Positions 22,227 through 24,000 of a stretch of 24,000 nt of DNA are shown here, piece by piece. The notes under the pieces are model-generated. The model was not told the origin of the DNA. It saw nothing but the letters and a program-made list of their open reading frames with translations, and made no database searches. Within the stretch, counting starts at the first letter, position 1. Each line of letters opens with the position of its first letter. Both the position numbers and the translations under genes were made by a program. This DNA is from an uncultured Pirellulales bacterium (lineage in GTDB: Bacteria > Planctomycetota > Phycisphaerae > Sedimentisphaerales > Anaerobacaceae): the NCBI GenBank assembly GCA_964462945.1, contig CAYWZW010000001.1:123570-147569 (forward strand), written 5' to 3'.

Positions 22227-22931
22227 CTACTGACTCTGGCGAGGCTTGATGGCTTTTTGTTCGTTGAAGACCCGGCCGGTGAGGTAATCGGTGAAGGTGA
22301 CCTTGACCGTCAAGGGCCCATCTCCCGATGCGTCGGGGTCGATTTTTGCGGCGACGTCGAACGTCAATCTGTAGTTGATGGTCAGCACGGTGTCAAACCA
22401 GAGCTTTCTAAGCTCACCCGAAGTCACGTGCCACTGGCCGAGCAGGGCGCCGTCTTGCGTCTTGTTCAGGTCCCAGAGCTGGACGTCCACGTCGCCGGCG
22501 GCCTTTATTTTATCGCCCTCCTCGTCCATCGGCTGGATATAGACAATCAGCTTTTCCTTCTTGCCGTCATTGTCCTTGTCGTAGAAGCCCGTGTATCTGC
22601 CGATCTTGACGCTCGTAAGACGCCGGAGGTTTTCGAGCTTGACCTGCTCGGGCAGGCCGGAGAGGACCTGCACCTGCTCTTTGAGCTGCTTGTTTTCGGC
22701 CTGGGACTGGTCGATTTGCTCCTGCTGTTGGGTCTTTTCCTGCGTCAACTGCTCAATTTGTGCAGCCAGCGCGTCTTTTTCCTGCGTGTTCTGGCAGCCC
22801 GCAAGGGACAGAACACAGAACACAAAAGGCAGGACTAAGAATATCGAATATCGAATAACGAATTTCCAAGTCAGAAGTTCTTGAATCAGCGTTCGATATT
22901 CGATATTGGACATTCGATATTGGACATTCAT
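22227..22931 (-). CDS. lipoprotein with coiled-coil segment and C-terminal beta-rich domain
   Basis: Perfect lipobox LSLAGC. A Q/E-rich coiled coil ([32 protein letters not shown]) is followed by a globular domain. The ATG at 22931 overlaps the clpP TGA as ATGA. The long pre-lipobox N-terminus is repeat-encoded. The only other ATG start (M7) has no SD. Confidence 0.65.
   Translation of the reverse strand: MNVQYRMSNIEYRTLIQELLTWKFVIRYSIFLVLPFVFCVLSLAGCQNTQEKDALAAQIEQLTQEKTQQQEQIDQSQAENKQLKEQVQVLSGLPEQVKLENLRRLTSVKIGRYTGFYDKDNDGKKEKLIVYIQPMDEEGDKIKAAGDVDVQLWDLNKTQDGALLGQWHVTSGELRKLWFDTVLTINYRLTFDVAAKIDPDASGDGPLTVKVTFTDYLTGRVFNEQKAIKPRQSQ
22839..22929. repeat. dyad-symmetric heptamer array (13 units, 91 nt; GAATATC / GATATTC arms)
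   Basis: GAATATC GAATATC GAATAAC GAATTTC CAAGTCA GAAGTTC TTGAATC AGCGTTC GATATTC GATATTG GACATTC GATATTG GACATTC. The arms are mutual reverse complements. It covers codons 1-31 of the lipoprotein. Confidence 0.85.
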
Positions 22932-23581
22932 TGTCGTTCTTGCTCCGGCTGCTCGGGCTGCTCCGGCCGGCGGACGATTTCGGGGGCTTTTTGCAGGACC
23001 CTGTCGGCCAGTCCGTATTCAATCGCCTCGGCGGCGTCCAGCCAGAGGTTCCGGTCGCAGTCCTTTTCGACTTTCTCGGCCGCCTGGCCGGTGTGCTTGG
23101 CCACGATGTCATAGAGCCGGGCTCGCAGCCGCAATATTTCCTGGGCCTCGATGTCCAGGTCGGTCGCCGGCCCGATCAACTGCCCGGAGATGAGCGGCTG
23201 GTGCAGGAGAATTCTGTTGTTGGCCAGGAGGAACCGCTTGCCGGGCTTGCCGCCGGCCAGTAAGACGGCGGCCATGCTGGCCGCCTGCCCGACGCAGTAG
23301 GTCGCCACGTCGCATCGCAGAAACTGCATCGTATCGTAGATCGCCAGCCCCGCCGTGATCGAGCCGCCCGGGGAATGGATGTAGAATTGAATATCGGTCT
23401 TTGAGTCTTCATTGCTCAGGAAAAGCATCTGGGCGATGATCAGGTTGGCGGTGACATCGTCGATCGGCCCGCCGAGAAAGACGATTCTGTCTTTGAGCAG
23501 TCTCGAATAGATGTCGTAGGCCCGCTCGGTTCGACCGCTTTTCTCAATAACTATCGGCACCAAATTCTGATTCAAGCTCAT
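22928..23581 (-). CDS. clpP: ATP-dependent Clp protease proteolytic subunit ClpP (second copy)
   Basis: Catalytic contexts [11 protein letters not shown] (Ser), LLHQPL (His) and [13 protein letters not shown] (Asp). AGGAG lies 7 nt before the ATG. The C-terminal tail is [14 protein letters not shown]. Confidence 0.9.
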   Translation of the reverse strand: MSLNQNLVPIVIEKSGRTERAYDIYSRLLKDRIVFLGGPIDDVTANLIIAQMLFLSNEDSKTDIQFYIHSPGGSITAGLAIYDTMQFLRCDVATYCVGQAASMAAVLLAGGKPGKRFLLANNRILLHQPLISGQLIGPATDLDIEAQEILRLRARLYDIVAKHTGQAAEKVEKDCDRNLWLDAAEAIEYGLADRVLQKAPEIVRRPEQPEQPEQERQ

Positions 23582-23601
23582 TTGCTACTCCTGTGTGAGA
23601 A

Positions 23602-23685
23602 GATTTTCGATCTGCGAATGCCGATTTTCGATTTGCGATCGGCAATCGGCAAGCGGCAATCGGCAAGCGGCAATCGGCAATCGCC
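23602..23685. repeat. dyad-symmetric heptamer array (12 units, 84 nt) filling the clpP-clpP gap
   Basis: GATTTTC GATCTGC GAATGCC GATTTTC GATTTGC GATCGGC AATCGGC AAGCGGC AATCGGC AAGCGGC AATCGGC AATCGCC. A further GCAATCG lies at 23691-23697. Confidence 0.9.
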
Positions 23686-23699
23686 CCTTGGCAATCGCG

Positions 23700-24000
23700 T
23701 TACTTCTTTTCGTCCTTTTTCTCTTTATCTTTTTCTGCACGTTTTTCTTTGTCTTCTTCCTGCAGCACCTCGTCGATCAGGCCGTATTCGTGCGCCTCCT
23801 GGGCCGTCATGTATCTGTCTCTCTCGGTCTCAGCGATGATTCTCTCGACCGGCTGGCCCGTGTGTTTGGCGAGAATTTCATTGATCATTTTCTTGGCTTT
23901 GAGGATCTCTTCGGCCTGGATTTTGATATCGGCCGCCTGGCCGCTCACTCCGCCCCAGGGCTGGTGAAGCATCACTTTGGCGTGCGAAAGGGCGTGTCGT
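23700..24000 (-). CDS. clpP: ClpP proteolytic subunit (first copy), 5'-truncated by the window end
   Basis: The frame is open to position 24000. ...[34 protein letters not shown]...[22 protein letters not shown] is the ClpP C-terminal half (His and Asp contexts). It ends in the K/E-rich tail [19 protein letters not shown]. Confidence 0.85.
   Translation of the reverse strand, partial: RHALSHAKVMLHQPWGGVSGQAADIKIQAEEILKAKKMINEILAKHTGQPVERIIAETERDRYMTAQEAHEYGLIDEVLQEEDKEKRAEKDKEKKDEKK

Overview
This reads as a bacterial chromosomal segment made of two convergent gene blocks that meet at about 9755-9809. The plus-strand block (3.9-9.75 kb) is a remnant division/cell-wall (dcw) cluster: mraZ, a small ORF, rsmH, a membrane-anchored double-LysM protein, an ftsL-like gene, ftsI (PBP3) and a MurG-like GT-B glycosyltransferase. 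The minus-strand block runs from 24.0 down to 9.8 kb. It holds tandem clpP genes, a lipoprotein, an orphan beta-class DNA methyltransferase, lnt and a HEAT-repeat lipoprotein. These are followed by a TM coiled-coil protein, a 52-aa TM micro-ORF, mreB-mreC-mreD-mrdA (PBP2), and two paralogous zinc-ribbon/DUF4190/pseudopilin-like (DUF1559, H-X9-DG-like) proteins. The left 3.6 kb carries a small membrane ORF, a secreted hypothetical, a STAS-domain protein and a lone HlyD/MacA-type periplasmic adaptor. The DUF1559-like proteins together with an MreB elongasome suggest a Planctomycetota (Phycisphaerae-like) genome; this is inference only. The most unusual signal is not a gene. It is a dispersed family of dyad-symmetric tandem arrays with a strict 7-nt period (CGATTnn/nnAATCG units and GAATATC/GATATTC units). 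These arrays fill intercistronic gaps and are also translated in frame inside essential genes (PBP2, Lnt), the methyltransferase and a lipoprotein N-terminus. No transposase, integrase, CRISPR array, tRNA or rRNA was seen. All family calls come from motif recognition by eye, not from searches.
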